Assembly (NCBI GenBank): GCA_963804995.1
Contig: CAWDSK010000005.1
Span: 512,001 to 576,000, forward strand
DNA length: 64,000 nucleotides
From: an uncultured Acidobacteriota bacterium
GTDB taxonomy: Bacteria > Acidobacteriota > Terriglobia > UBA7540
Direction of reading: 5' to 3'
Shown here: positions 32,576 to 42,472 of the stretch, piece after piece
Numbering within the stretch: position 1 is the first letter of the stretch
Layout: each line of letters starts with the position of its first letter
Program-made: the position numbers and the translations under genes
The notes under the pieces: model-generated
Database searches by the model: none
The model's input: only the letters and a program-made list of their open reading frames with translations
What the model was told of the DNA's origin: nothing

Positions 32576-33457
32576 TCAATGCACATGGTTAGAGCGCTTT
32601 CTCAGCATCTCATTAAAGTTGTCGAAAAAGATCTGGTGGCGTTCTTCCTCGGTAAGCTTTGCCGCCAGGATTTTTCCCACCCCGGTTTCGAAATTCTCAT
32701 CGGTGGCAAAGAGCAGGCGATGGACTCCGAGGCACTCGACGGCGAAGTCGATCATGCCTTCGTCGGTCACGCTGCCGCTGGTGTCGGCAAAAACCGTGGG
32801 CGCGTCGCGCAGCGCTTTGCAAAAGTACTCCCAATCGCCGCCCCCGCCGATGTGGGCAAAGATCAGCATGGCCTCCGGGTAGCGGCGGCCTGCCTCCACA
32901 AAGTCTTCGGGCGCCGAGGCGCCGGGCAGGTCAGGGTCACGGTAGTCCTTGCGATACTCCCCTTCGTGGCTCAGCAAGGGCGCTTTCAGCTCGATGCACT
33001 TTTCGATTATGGGGAAGAACTGTGGATCATTAATGCGCACCTGGGTATACAGCTCGCCCAAGCCAATCATGCCGGCGTCAAGGCAACGCTCCATTTCCTC
33101 GAGCGCTTCGCGTCGATAGTGCGGATTGATAAAGCACTGGCCCATAAAGCGGCCAGGAAAATCCTGCATCGCTTTCAGCACCAGATCGTTCGCCGCGCGA
33201 CAGGCCTGGGGCGTCGCTTCGTTGGGCTTCGTGATGGGAATCGATATCGCAACTTTCTCGATTTCCAGCCGGTCCGCTGCGTCGACCAGCCGGCGAGGAT
33301 CCTCGAAGTTGTGGTTGTGGCAATCCAGTTTGCGGTAGCGGTGGATCGCCGCGGGCACGTCGTAGATGCGCTCCGGTTGGGGCGCAGATTTCCAGCCGGC
33401 GAGGACAGGTGCCACACCGGCAGTTGCCAAAAAGCTACGGCGGTCAATCTTGGACAT
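32576..33457 (-). CDS. Tat-signal amidohydrolase family protein
   Basis: DRRSFL signal; DCHNH, GLGE, AHIGGG, DTSGS, LLFATD. Confidence 0.85.
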   Translation of the reverse strand: MSKIDRRSFLATAGVAPVLAGWKSAPQPERIYDVPAAIHRYRKLDCHNHNFEDPRRLVDAADRLEIEKVAISIPITKPNEATPQACRAANDLVLKAMQDFPGRFMGQCFINPHYRREALEEMERCLDAGMIGLGELYTQVRINDPQFFPIIEKCIELKAPLLSHEGEYRKDYRDPDLPGASAPEDFVEAGRRYPEAMLIFAHIGGGGDWEYFCKALRDAPTVFADTSGSVTDEGMIDFAVECLGVHRLLFATDENFETGVGKILAAKLTEEERHQIFFDNFNEMLRKRSNHVH

Positions 33458-33601
33458 AGGGTGTTCTCACCTTATAAGAAGTTTCTGCTGGGATTGCGCA
33501 TCCCGGCCCTGCGGAACAAGCTCAAGTTGCTAGTCACGGTCTACGCGGGTAGCATTCAGCAATCGGCTACCAGCGGCCCCTTAGTACTGGACACGTTGAA
33601 A

Positions 33602-33872
33602 CTAACTCCCTTTCTTTTCATCAACATAATGGGTTAGCGACACTAACTAGCTTATTTTTCATAAACATCATGGGTTAGCGCGAAACTGACATTTTTTCTA
33701 CATGTGTTTTCAACAACATAATGGGTACATCCTTCATTTTTAATTCCCCCTTTTTTTGCTGCACCCACTCCTCGGATCGAACTAAGTTATTTAATTTCAA
33801 ATACATAGGTGTTAGGACATTTTTGCCATTCTACCGCTAAGTACTTTTGTTTTCTGATACATCATGGGTTAG
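33602..33872. repeat. Cluster of five degenerate ~36-bp AT-rich repeats (CTAA...TTTTC...ACAT[A/C]ATGGGTTAG)
   Basis: Copies at 33602-33637, 33643-33678, ~33694-33729, 33782-33815 and 33837-33872. Confidence 0.8.
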
Positions 33873-34466
33873 ATTGTCCTCTCTGCTCGCTTCTACGGGT
33901 TCCATTTTGTGATCTCGCCGTTTAATCTTCAGCAGCAGATTGGTGAGTCGGTGGACTTCCGGCATTTTGCATTGGGCGCATATGCCACCCATGAGCGGCG
34001 CCGGGCGTGACTTCTGCGGCGTGTTTCGGGTGCTCCTGGTGTGCTCGACTTCACCACGATAGAATCCTCCATTTAGTAGCCTAGCAGGGACCGGCCCATT
34101 GTCAAGAAAGATATATACAATGGGCTACCGGTAGCCCAAAAGGGGGAAAATCTTTTGGCAGGGCGCCTAATTGCCCGAAATTGTTCCTGCGCTTCCTCAG
34201 GTTTCAGCTCCGGAAAAAAAGGGAGCCAACCTCGCCAGGTTGAAGGGGACCCGGGTTCTTTGGGCCTCATAGGCGGGGACGCGGCAGGAAACTCTATTTC
34301 TACATGCGAACCGGTTAATTCAGTTTTGCGTCAGCGCGGTGCGGTCTGCTACGGCCCCCTGGCCCACCGGGTCTTTAGCCGAAGGCTGACAACCTCCGCG
34401 GCAGTAGCACAGGCACTCCTGCCTGTAGCACCACTAGCCACTAACCACTGTCCACTAACCACTGCC

Positions 34467-37183
34467 CTACTCATACCTCAGCGCGACCATGGGATCGACC
34501 TTCATCGCCCGGCGCGCGGGGATGTAGCAGGCGAGCAGCGCTACGACCGTGAGGAGGAGCGAGACGGCGATAAACGTCAGCGGGTCGCTCGGCTTGACGT
34601 CGTAAAGCAGGCTTGTCAAAAGGCGCGTGAGCCCGAGCGCGCCGACGACACCGATGGCGACCCCCATCAGCGTCAGCCTGAATCCGTGCCCCACAACCAT
34701 TCTGAGAATGTCACCCGTCTGCGCCCCGAGCGCCATGCGGACGCCGATTTCGTGCGTCCTTCGTGCCACGTTATAGGCCATGATTCCATAAAGTCCAACG
34801 CAAGCGATGGCAAGACTCAGAATCCCAAAGAAGCCGGTGAGACATGAAATGACGCGCTGTTGTCCCATCGAACCGCTCACCTGCGCGGCGAGCGTCGTAA
34901 CATCGGTTATGGGCAGGTTCGAATCGATATCGTGGATCGCCTGCCGCACTTCTCCCGTGACGCTGGTGGGATTGCCCGCCGTGCGGACTTCGATTTCGTT
35001 GACGGACGTCATGACGGATTGCAATTGAAAGGCGGCGAGAAAGACCATCGGCCCTGCGGGTTCGCGTGCGACTCGATGAACCTTGCGTCTCCGGCCACAC
35101 CCACAATTTCGATTCCCGGCGCTTCGAATTTCGTCCCCGGGCTGAACCGTCTTCCGATGGGTTTGCCGTTAGGGATGAATTTGCGCACAAAGGCCTGGTT
35201 CACCACCGCCACGGGAGATGCGGCTGCGGTGTCCTGCGCGGAGATGGGACGGCCCGCAACGATGTGCATCCCTTCCGTCTCAAAGTATCCCGGCCCCACC
35301 GCGACCACTTGCGGACCGCCTCCGCCTGAGGGCGGCGGCTGGCCCTCCACCGAAACTTGGAACCCGCCCCAACTGCCGCTCATCGGGCTGGTCGTCCCGA
35401 TGCTGGCGGAGCGGACCCCGGGCAGGGCGCCGACTCGATCCAGCAGAGCATGGTAGAGGCTGACCAATTCGTTTGGCTTGTATCCGGCTAGTTCCGGGTC
35501 AATGTTCATCAGCAGAACGTGCTCCGGCATGAATCCAAGGTTCTGATTTTCGACATCGACCAAGCTGTGTACCAGCAGCCCTGCCGCGACCATCAGCACC
35601 AATGAGGCGGCGATCTCGAACACCACGAGGCTCTTGCCCAGCCCCAGTCGAGTCCGCTCCCCGACGCCCGAGAATGGCCCTTCTTTGAGTGCCGGAACCA
35701 GGTTCACGCGTGCCGAGCGAATTGCCGGGGTAAGGCCGGAAAGTAACACGGCGAAGAGCGAAACGCCCGCCGTAAAGGCGAGCACGGCCAGGTCCGGCCT
35801 GACGTTCAACGGAACTCTTGCTGCGACCATGGCCGCCAAAACACGGACCACCCCAAAAGCCAGAATCGCGCCCGCCACGCCACCCGCAATCGCCAGCAGC
35901 ACGCTTTCCGTGAGGACTTGCCGCATTAGCCGCCCGCGCGTTCCGCCGAGTGCCACGCGCGTCGCCATCTCTTTCTGCCGTGCCGTCACGCGCGCCAACA
36001 TCAGGTTGGCGACGTTCGCGCAGGCAATCAACAGCACCAAACCCACAATCGCTAGAAGAATGCGCAGGGGTTCGGAATATTCATGCCGCAACTGGGAAAG
36101 CCCACGTCCGCCGGGGGCGAGCGGCACGTAAGCGTGCTGGATTTGCTGCCGCTCATCCTCTGTAATCTTCAACCCTAAGCGCCCGGTTAGATGTTGGCGC
36201 AACTCGCCGTCGATCTCCGCCCGCGCCGCTTCCAGGCTTACGCCAGGCTTGAGGCGGCCCATCATGTTCAGCCAGTAGATGCTGGGATCGCTCAGCAAAG
36301 ACTTCGCCTGCGGCATCACCGTTAGAGGGAGGCGTGGCCGAAGGTTGAGCGGCATCCAGAAATCGGCTGAATCCGCCTCCATCCTGACTCCAAAGAATCC
36401 TCGCGGCGCAACGCCCACAACGTTCATTGGCACGCCGTCAATGTTCATTGAACGGCCCACAACGGCGGGATCACCACCCAGCCTGTCCTGCCAGAAGTTG
36501 AAACTGACCACTGCAACCGGCGGGGCGGCGGGCTGGTCGTCAGCCGGCATCAGCGTCCGACCCATTGCAGTTCCCACGCCCAGCACGGAGAAGAAGTTTC
36601 CGGAAACAAGTTTCCCGTGTGCCACTTCGGCAGCGCCCCCCCGACCCTCCGTCCGAACCGTCAGCATATCCACGGGCGTTTGAAATGCGCAGATTCCCTG
36701 AAAAAGCCCGCTGTGGTCGCGCACATCGAGATAAAACGGATAAGAGAAGAGAGTTTGCTCGCCCGAAGGAACGTCAGGGCTCATGGACAATCCATCATTG
36801 GGAGTATCCGCGAACAGGACCAGCCCGCCGGGATCTGCGAGGGGCAGGTTCCGGAACATAACGGCGTTCGCCAGGCTGAAGATAGCCGTGTTCACGCCAA
36901 TCCCGAGCGCCAGCGTCACTACCGCCACGGCCGTGAAGCCTGGATTCTTGGCCAGCATCCGAACTGCTTGGCGGAGGTCTTGCCATAGTTGCTCAAGCCA
37001 AACGAAGCTCCACACCTCCCACGTTTCTTCCTTGACCCGCGTCACGTTGCCGAACTTGCGCAAGGCTGCGTACCGCGCTTCCTCCGGCGGCAGGCCGCGC
37101 TCGATGTTGTCCTGAGTCTCCCGCTCGATGTAGTCGCGGATATCCTGGTCGAGGTCCTCCATCATGCGCTTGCGGCGGCTCAT
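34467..37183 (-). CDS. ADOP-type (MacB/FtsX duplicated) ABC permease; one frameshift near 35050
   Basis: [89 protein letters not shown]. Confidence 0.9.
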
Positions 37184-37542
37184 GATTTGCACCCCGGTTC
37201 GGCGGGCATGAGAATCCGCGCGATGGCTCCCGCCAGTTTTTGCCACTTGCCGGTCTCAACCGCCAATTGACGCCGTCCCCTGGCCGTCAGCCGGTAGAAC
37301 TTGGCGCGGCGATTGTTCTCCGACGTGCCTTCCTGGACGGAAACCCAGCCCCTCTTGATGAGCCGGTGCAGCGCGGGGTAGAGCGAGCCCTGCTCGACCT
37401 GCAGCACGTCGTCGGATCTGAATTCGATGGCCTTGGCAATGGCGTGGCCGTGCGCGGGACCCATCCGCAGAGTGCGGAGAATCAGCAGGTCCAACGTCCC
37501 CTGCAGCAGTTCGATGCGTTCGCGTTCTTCTTTAGTAGACAT
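37180..37542 (-). CDS. PadR family transcriptional regulator (acidobacterial type)
   Basis: [39 protein letters not shown]; overlaps the permease start. Confidence 0.92.
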   Translation of the reverse strand: MSTKEERERIELLQGTLDLLILRTLRMGPAHGHAIAKAIEFRSDDVLQVEQGSLYPALHRLIKRGWVSVQEGTSENNRRAKFYRLTARGRRQLAVETGKWQKLAGAIARILMPAEPGCKS

Positions 37543-37579
37543 TCTAGGTGAAAGTACCGCCCTTCAAGTAGAATGTCAA
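37536..37579 (-). promoter_or_regulatory. Sigma70 promoter of padR overlapped by two TAGA-N3-TC(T/A)A palindromic boxes
   Basis: Minus strand TTGACA (37579-37574), 17 bp, TACTTT (37556-37551), 8 nt, ATG; boxes TAGAcatTCTA (37536-37546) and TAGAatgTCAA (37569-37579). Confidence 0.65.
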
Positions 37580-37727
37580 GGTGGAAGTCACTGGCGAATT
37601 CGCGATTACGCCGGTGAGGTGCCCTAAACCCTCGGAAGCGGCTGTACCTCTTTAAGCCTCTGCGCTCGCTCAGGCCTGTCAGGGCCGCCAGCACGTGGCC
37701 CACGGCGGCGATGAGTGTGGCTACTCA

Positions 37728-40319
37728 CTATTTCTCCAGATAGGCGGACAGGTTCTTCTGCTGGAGCTCTCGCACCTGGATACACGCGTTGACCTTGTCT
37801 TTCTCGTTTTTCAGGATGCGTTCGGTCCCGGGCAGTTTCTGGTCTGCAAAAAACTTCTGGGAATCATCCCGCAGCTTCGCGTCGCAGAATAATCCTGTGA
37901 TCTCCGCGAATACCACCCGACTGGGGGCGTCAAGTTTCTTCAAGATCGACGGGAAATTGCTTTTGAACAGCTCCCAGGCCACGGGCTGCGTTTGGTAATT
38001 TGCCAGCAGAAAGTGCAGCACATACATATCCTGGTTCTTCACTTCGTCGCTCAGCACTAGCGCGAACGTACGACGGGTCAATTCCGTTTCCGGAAAGTCA
38101 CCCAGGGCGACCAGGTACGCATAGTATTCTTCCGGAGTTTTTGCGGTCTTCAAGTGCTGGACGTACTGGTCATATAACAACGTGTCCCCATTCCGGGCGG
38201 CCACCACCAGCGAACTCTCCGCCAGCGCCGTGTCCACCGATTCAGGCGCTTTCATGTATTGCTCAACCACGCCGCGCGCCTTCGCCACAAGTTGCGGATC
38301 GCGTCCCGGCCCGGCCAGCACCTCAAATAGATCGGAACGCAGGGCTTGCCGCTCGGCCGGTTCACCCGGCACCGGCGTCTCACCCAAGTCAGTCGCCAGG
38401 GGCTTCAAAAGGTCGCGCACCCATTTCTCAAACGCCGGCCGGTCTGCTTCTGCCACCAGCTTGTCGTGGATATCCTGGATGTTTCCGATCATCTCCTGCA
38501 CCACTTGCCGCGAGCGCTCTCCCTGCATCTTCCGGAGCAGATCCAGATAATCGCCAATGTTCATCCGTCCCACCTGGACCATAGCCCACGCATCGTCTGG
38601 GATGCGCACGCGCTCTTCGGGCGAAAACGTGCTTTCAACCGCAGAGCCCATCTTCTCGAATGCTGCCGGATCGTAGCTGCTGCGGTAGTACCCGCGCGAA
38701 CCGGCGTTGCCATAAACCCAGGCGGAGCAACCTGGCAATTCGAATGCCTCCTCTTTCTTTGTCAGGAGGTGGAAGGTCGGCTGCCGGGTCGCCGAGCGTA
38801 GCAAATTCACGGGAATGGGCCACAGCTCGTTGGAACCAGCAGCCAATTTCGCCGCATCAGAAAAGTAGCGTTCCTGCCGGAGCGTGACCTCGGTCTGATC
38901 GCCGCGGCACGCACTCGTGACCGTAACCAACGGCGCTCCCGGCTGCTCGGTAAAGCTCTGCATAATCTTGTCCACGGGCTTTCCGGAAGTCTCCGCGATC
39001 TGGCTCCAGAAATCTTCTGCCGTGGCATTCCCATACGCGTGTTTCGCAAGATAGGCATTCACACCGTCCTCGAAGACTTCCGCTCCCACATAGGCTTCGA
39101 CCATGCGCAGCACGGAGGCCGCCTTCCCGTACGCGATCCCGTCAAACAACGCCACAATATCGGCGGGCGTTTCCGCGTTCGCCCGGATCGTTCGCACCGT
39201 CGGCAACGAGTCATTCACCAGCGCGTGTAACGTCTGTCCGATCTCCTGTTGCCCCAAATTCCATTCCGGCTTCCAAACCTCCAACGGTTTCAGTTCCATC
39301 CAGGTGGCGAAGCCCTCATTCAGCCAGATATCGTTCCACCACTTCATGGTCACCAGGTCCCCAAACCACTGGTGCGCCATCTCGTGTGCGATCACGCCAG
39401 CCACCTCTTGCTTGGCGTCATACGATGCCGTCTTCTCGTCGATCAGGAGATACAGGTCGCGATAGGTAATCGCTCCAAGGTTCTCCATGGCGCCCGCCGC
39501 AAAGTCGGGGATCGCGATGAGGTCCAGTTTTTCGTAGGGATATTTGATCGCATAATACTTGTCGTAATATTTCAGAATGTTTTCGGCGGCTTCCAACGCG
39601 AAACCGGTCATCGCCTCCTTCTCCGGCAACGTACACACCCGGATGGGAATCCCGTCCGCACCGCCCTCGCGACAGGCAAAATCACCCACCAACATCGCCA
39701 CCAGGTAGCTGGACATCCTCGGTGACGGCGAGAACCTCAAGGTGTGCTTGCCCTCTCCCGGCCCCGGCGTATCGGAAATGATTTTGCTGTTGGAAATGGC
39801 CGTGTCTCCCTTGTCCACGATCAGCGTGATGCGAAACACCGCCTTGTAGGCGGGTTCGTCAAACGACGGAAACGCCCTCCGCGCATCGGTGGATTCAAAT
39901 TGGGTTGCGGCATATCTCCGCCGCGGGGATTTGCTCAGGTAGAAACCACGCAGCTTGTCGTTCAATACCCCCGTAAAATGGATATGGATCTCAGTGGGCC
40001 CGGCCGGCAGTTCCTTGCCGACGGTCAGCGTCGCCTGCTCCTTCGCCGCGTCCAGACTCACCGCTGCCTTCTGCGTTGCTCCGCCCGACGTGATGCCGGT
40101 TTCCTGGAGTTCCAACTCCGCCGCATTTAAGGTGACCGTTGCCGTCGGCTTCAACACCTTCACGCGAATGATTTCGTCCCCAGAGAATGTCGCCTTGACT
40201 AGATTGGGTTCAAGGGTCAGGTCGTAGCTCTCCGGCACAACCGTCACCGGTAGCCTCTGCCCCCAGGCGCTGGCTATGATTCCCAAACAAGACAGTGCAA
40301 ATATCAGTATTCGCCTCAT
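37728..40319 (-). CDS. M1 family aminopeptidase with ERAP1-like C-terminal domain
   Basis: Signal peptide; TQFESTDARRAFPSFDEP, GAMEN, HEMAHQWFGDLVT...WLNEGFA, AYGK. Confidence 0.93.
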   Translation of the reverse strand: MRRILIFALSCLGIIASAWGQRLPVTVVPESYDLTLEPNLVKATFSGDEIIRVKVLKPTATVTLNAAELELQETGITSGGATQKAAVSLDAAKEQATLTVGKELPAGPTEIHIHFTGVLNDKLRGFYLSKSPRRRYAATQFESTDARRAFPSFDEPAYKAVFRITLIVDKGDTAISNSKIISDTPGPGEGKHTLRFSPSPRMSSYLVAMLVGDFACREGGADGIPIRVCTLPEKEAMTGFALEAAENILKYYDKYYAIKYPYEKLDLIAIPDFAAGAMENLGAITYRDLYLLIDEKTASYDAKQEVAGVIAHEMAHQWFGDLVTMKWWNDIWLNEGFATWMELKPLEVWKPEWNLGQQEIGQTLHALVNDSLPTVRTIRANAETPADIVALFDGIAYGKAASVLRMVEAYVGAEVFEDGVNAYLAKHAYGNATAEDFWSQIAETSGKPVDKIMQSFTEQPGAPLVTVTSACRGDQTEVTLRQERYFSDAAKLAAGSNELWPIPVNLLRSATRQPTFHLLTKKEEAFELPGCSAWVYGNAGSRGYYRSSYDPAAFEKMGSAVESTFSPEERVRIPDDAWAMVQVGRMNIGDYLDLLRKMQGERSRQVVQEMIGNIQDIHDKLVAEADRPAFEKWVRDLLKPLATDLGETPVPGEPAERQALRSDLFEVLAGPGRDPQLVAKARGVVEQYMKAPESVDTALAESSLVVAARNGDTLLYDQYVQHLKTAKTPEEYYAYLVALGDFPETELTRRTFALVLSDEVKNQDMYVLHFLLANYQTQPVAWELFKSNFPSILKKLDAPSRVVFAEITGLFCDAKLRDDSQKFFADQKLPGTERILKNEKDKVNACIQVRELQQKNLSAYLEK

Positions 40320-40450
40320 CTGGTTCCCTCCTCTGGCGGTTCGTATCTTCGTGAGTTGTGTATTACGTCAATGGGCAGGGAGTATAGTCCAGTTTCATCG
40401 TCACAGCAATTCCGCACCAGATGGTGTGAGAGATGCACGATGCGGTCGTC

Positions 40451-40855
40451 CTAGTGCGGTGTCCCGGTTAATATTTGACAAGGCTTCCGACCCCCTCACC
40501 CCCCAGCCCCTCTCCCCCAAAGGGGCGAGGGGAGAGTTAACCTGAATCCGGCGTGATTAACCTCAAGGGCACTACGGAAATACTTGCTAGGAGCCTTGAA
40601 GATGGCTGTTTTGGCCAATGTTGCATAACTTCATTGAAAATGCGGTTCTGCAACAATGGGCGGTGGATCTCCAAAGCGCATTCTTGCACCGTGCACATCG
40701 GGCTCTGCCCGTTTTTCACGCAGGATTCAGGTTAATTCTCTTGCCCTCGCCCCTTTGGGGGAGAGGGTGGCTGGCCGAGGCGTTCTCATCAGCCGAGGCC
40801 AGACGGGTGAGGGGGTTCTACCCATTGTCAACTCTAGCACGGGACACCACACTAG
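40451..40855. mobile_element. MITE copy 1 (~210 bp, CTAG-flanked, IS630-like ends) interrupted by a nested MITE
   Basis: Ends CTAGTGCGGTGTCCCG and CGGGACACCACACTAG; near-identical to 50105-50315 and 52514-52725 except for a 195-bp insert. Confidence 0.88.
40541..40731. mobile_element. Nested 191-bp MITE with 16-bp TIRs and TTAA target duplication
   Basis: CCTGAATCCGGCGTGA...TCACGCAGGATTCAGG (1 mismatch), TTAA at 40537-40540 and 40732-40735; a single TTAA at this site in the other host copies. Confidence 0.88.
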
Positions 40856-40887
40856 AAGCCGTAAAACACTTTCGCTTCGGCCCACAG

Positions 40888-40940
40888 GCGGGTGAGGGGG
40901 TTCTACCCCTTGTCAACTCTAACTTGGGACACCACACTAG
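40888..40940. repeat. Orphan right-end fragment of the CTAG MITE
   Basis: GCGGGTGAGGGGGTTCTACCCCTTGTCAACTCTAACTTGGGACACCACACTAG matches the MITE 3' end. Confidence 0.75.
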
Positions 40941-41221
40941 TGATGCCGCAAGAGGGTTTCGGCTGGGGTCACGAAGGGTACTAAATCATTGTGATTGTGG
41001 TGGAGCATTACATGTGCCCGCAGACCCTCCGCCAATCCAAAATCGAAAATCCAAAATCGCTGTCCCGCCCCGCGGCCGAACGTTTGTCCGCCAAAAAGAT
41101 CGACGGACTTTCAGTCACCGCGACCCCAAAAAGCTTGCTGCGCAGACCCGGTTCTGGTTTACGATGCTGGTGTCTATATCATAGCGAGTGATAATATCCC
41201 GGGAGAGTATGGAGGGTTCTT

Positions 41222-42364
41222 ATGGCGTCTTTGAAGATTGGTTTTTATGGCCACGTTCGGCAATATCACAACCTGAAGAGTGAAATCGATGCGGCCATCC
41301 TGGAAGTTCTGGAAAGCGGCAGCTATGTGATGGGTCCCAAGCTTAAGCAGTTCGAAAAAGACCTGGCGGCGTACTGCAATACCAAGGAAGCCGTGGGCGT
41401 GAACTCCGGTACAGACGCGCTCTGGTTGGTGTTCATGGCGCTGGGAATCGGGCCCGGCGATGAAGTCATCACCACGTCGAACACGTTCTTTGCCACCGCT
41501 GAGGCCATCTGGGTTGCTGGAGCGACGGCGGTGTTCGTCGACTGCGATCCCAAGACTTGCAACATCGATGTGAACTTGATTGAGGCAGCCATCACACCCA
41601 AGACCAAGGCCATCGTACCAGTGCACCTCTACGGCCAGCCTGCTGAAATGCGGGCTGTGGCGGACATCGCCAGGAAGCACAAGCTTTTTGTGATCGAAGA
41701 CAACGCGCAGGCGCTGGGGGCGCGCGGCCCGGACTTCACGCTGGGCGAGCTTTCTGACGCCATGTGCAGCAGCTTCATCATTCAGAAGAATCTGGGCTGC
41801 TTTGGCGACGGCGGCGCGGTAGTCACCAACCGCACTGACATCGCTGAGGGGGTTCGCAAGCTGCGCAATCACGGGTCGGTCAAGCGCTCCGTGCACAGCA
41901 TGGGGTACAACAGCCGCCTGGACGATCTGCACTCGGCGGTGCTGAGCGTCAAGTTAAAGCAGCTCGACAAGTTGAACGACCTGCGCCGCGGCTTCGCGAA
42001 GCAGTACGACGAGGGGCTGAAGGGCACTTCGCTGAAACTGCCCACCGCGCTGCCCGGTTACCGCCACATCTATCACCTTTATATTGTCGAAACCCCAAGC
42101 CGCGACAACCTTCAGGAATACCTGAAGCAACGCGATATCACGGCGCTCACCCATTACCCCATCGCCATTCACCAGCAGGAAGGATTCCCCTGGGGCAAGG
42201 AGGCGCGCCTGGTGGGCTCGCTGAAGAATGCGGAAAACTCAGCGGCGCATGTGCTCTCACTGCCCATGTACCCGGAATTGACCGGCGAAGAAGTGCAGGC
42301 GGTCATCGACGCCATCGTCGCCTGGGATAAGGCGCAGGGCGGGGAATTGAAGGCTGCGAGCTAA
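41222..42364 (+). CDS. DegT/DnrJ/EryC1/StrS family sugar aminotransferase
   Basis: VNSGTDAL, GPGDEVIT, PVHLYGQ, IEDNAQALGA, SF..QKNLGCFGDGG, GYNSRLD, LSLPMYP. Confidence 0.92.
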   Translation: MASLKIGFYGHVRQYHNLKSEIDAAILEVLESGSYVMGPKLKQFEKDLAAYCNTKEAVGVNSGTDALWLVFMALGIGPGDEVITTSNTFFATAEAIWVAGATAVFVDCDPKTCNIDVNLIEAAITPKTKAIVPVHLYGQPAEMRAVADIARKHKLFVIEDNAQALGARGPDFTLGELSDAMCSSFIIQKNLGCFGDGGAVVTNRTDIAEGVRKLRNHGSVKRSVHSMGYNSRLDDLHSAVLSVKLKQLDKLNDLRRGFAKQYDEGLKGTSLKLPTALPGYRHIYHLYIVETPSRDNLQEYLKQRDITALTHYPIAIHQQEGFPWGKEARLVGSLKNAENSAAHVLSLPMYPELTGEEVQAVIDAIVAWDKAQGGELKAAS

Positions 42365-42382
42365 GTTAACCCATCTGGGATT

Positions 42383-42457
42383 CACCGCAGAGGCGCTGAG
42401 ACGCAGAGAGTGAAACTCTTGCTTGTGCATTCTCTGCGCCTCCGCGCCTCTGCGGTG
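42383..42457. repeat. Intergenic inverted repeat
   Basis: CACCGCAGAGGCGCTGAGACGCAGAGA pairs with TCTCTGCGCCTCCGCGCCTCTGCGGTG. Confidence 0.7.
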
Positions 42458-42472
42458 CGGAGGATCTTCGTT

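Noticed and set aside
32386..32586. Second amidohydrolase gene starting MCIDFH and overlapping the first
   Set aside because: Only the first few residues resemble the family start; the remainder shows no similarity, so it is unsupported.
32579..33637. 352-aa plus-strand ORF
   Set aside because: Antisense to the amidohydrolase, with no recognisable motifs.
33602..33872. CRISPR array (36-bp repeats)
   Set aside because: Units are degenerate, gaps are irregular (5 bp between the first two) and no cas genes are in the window.
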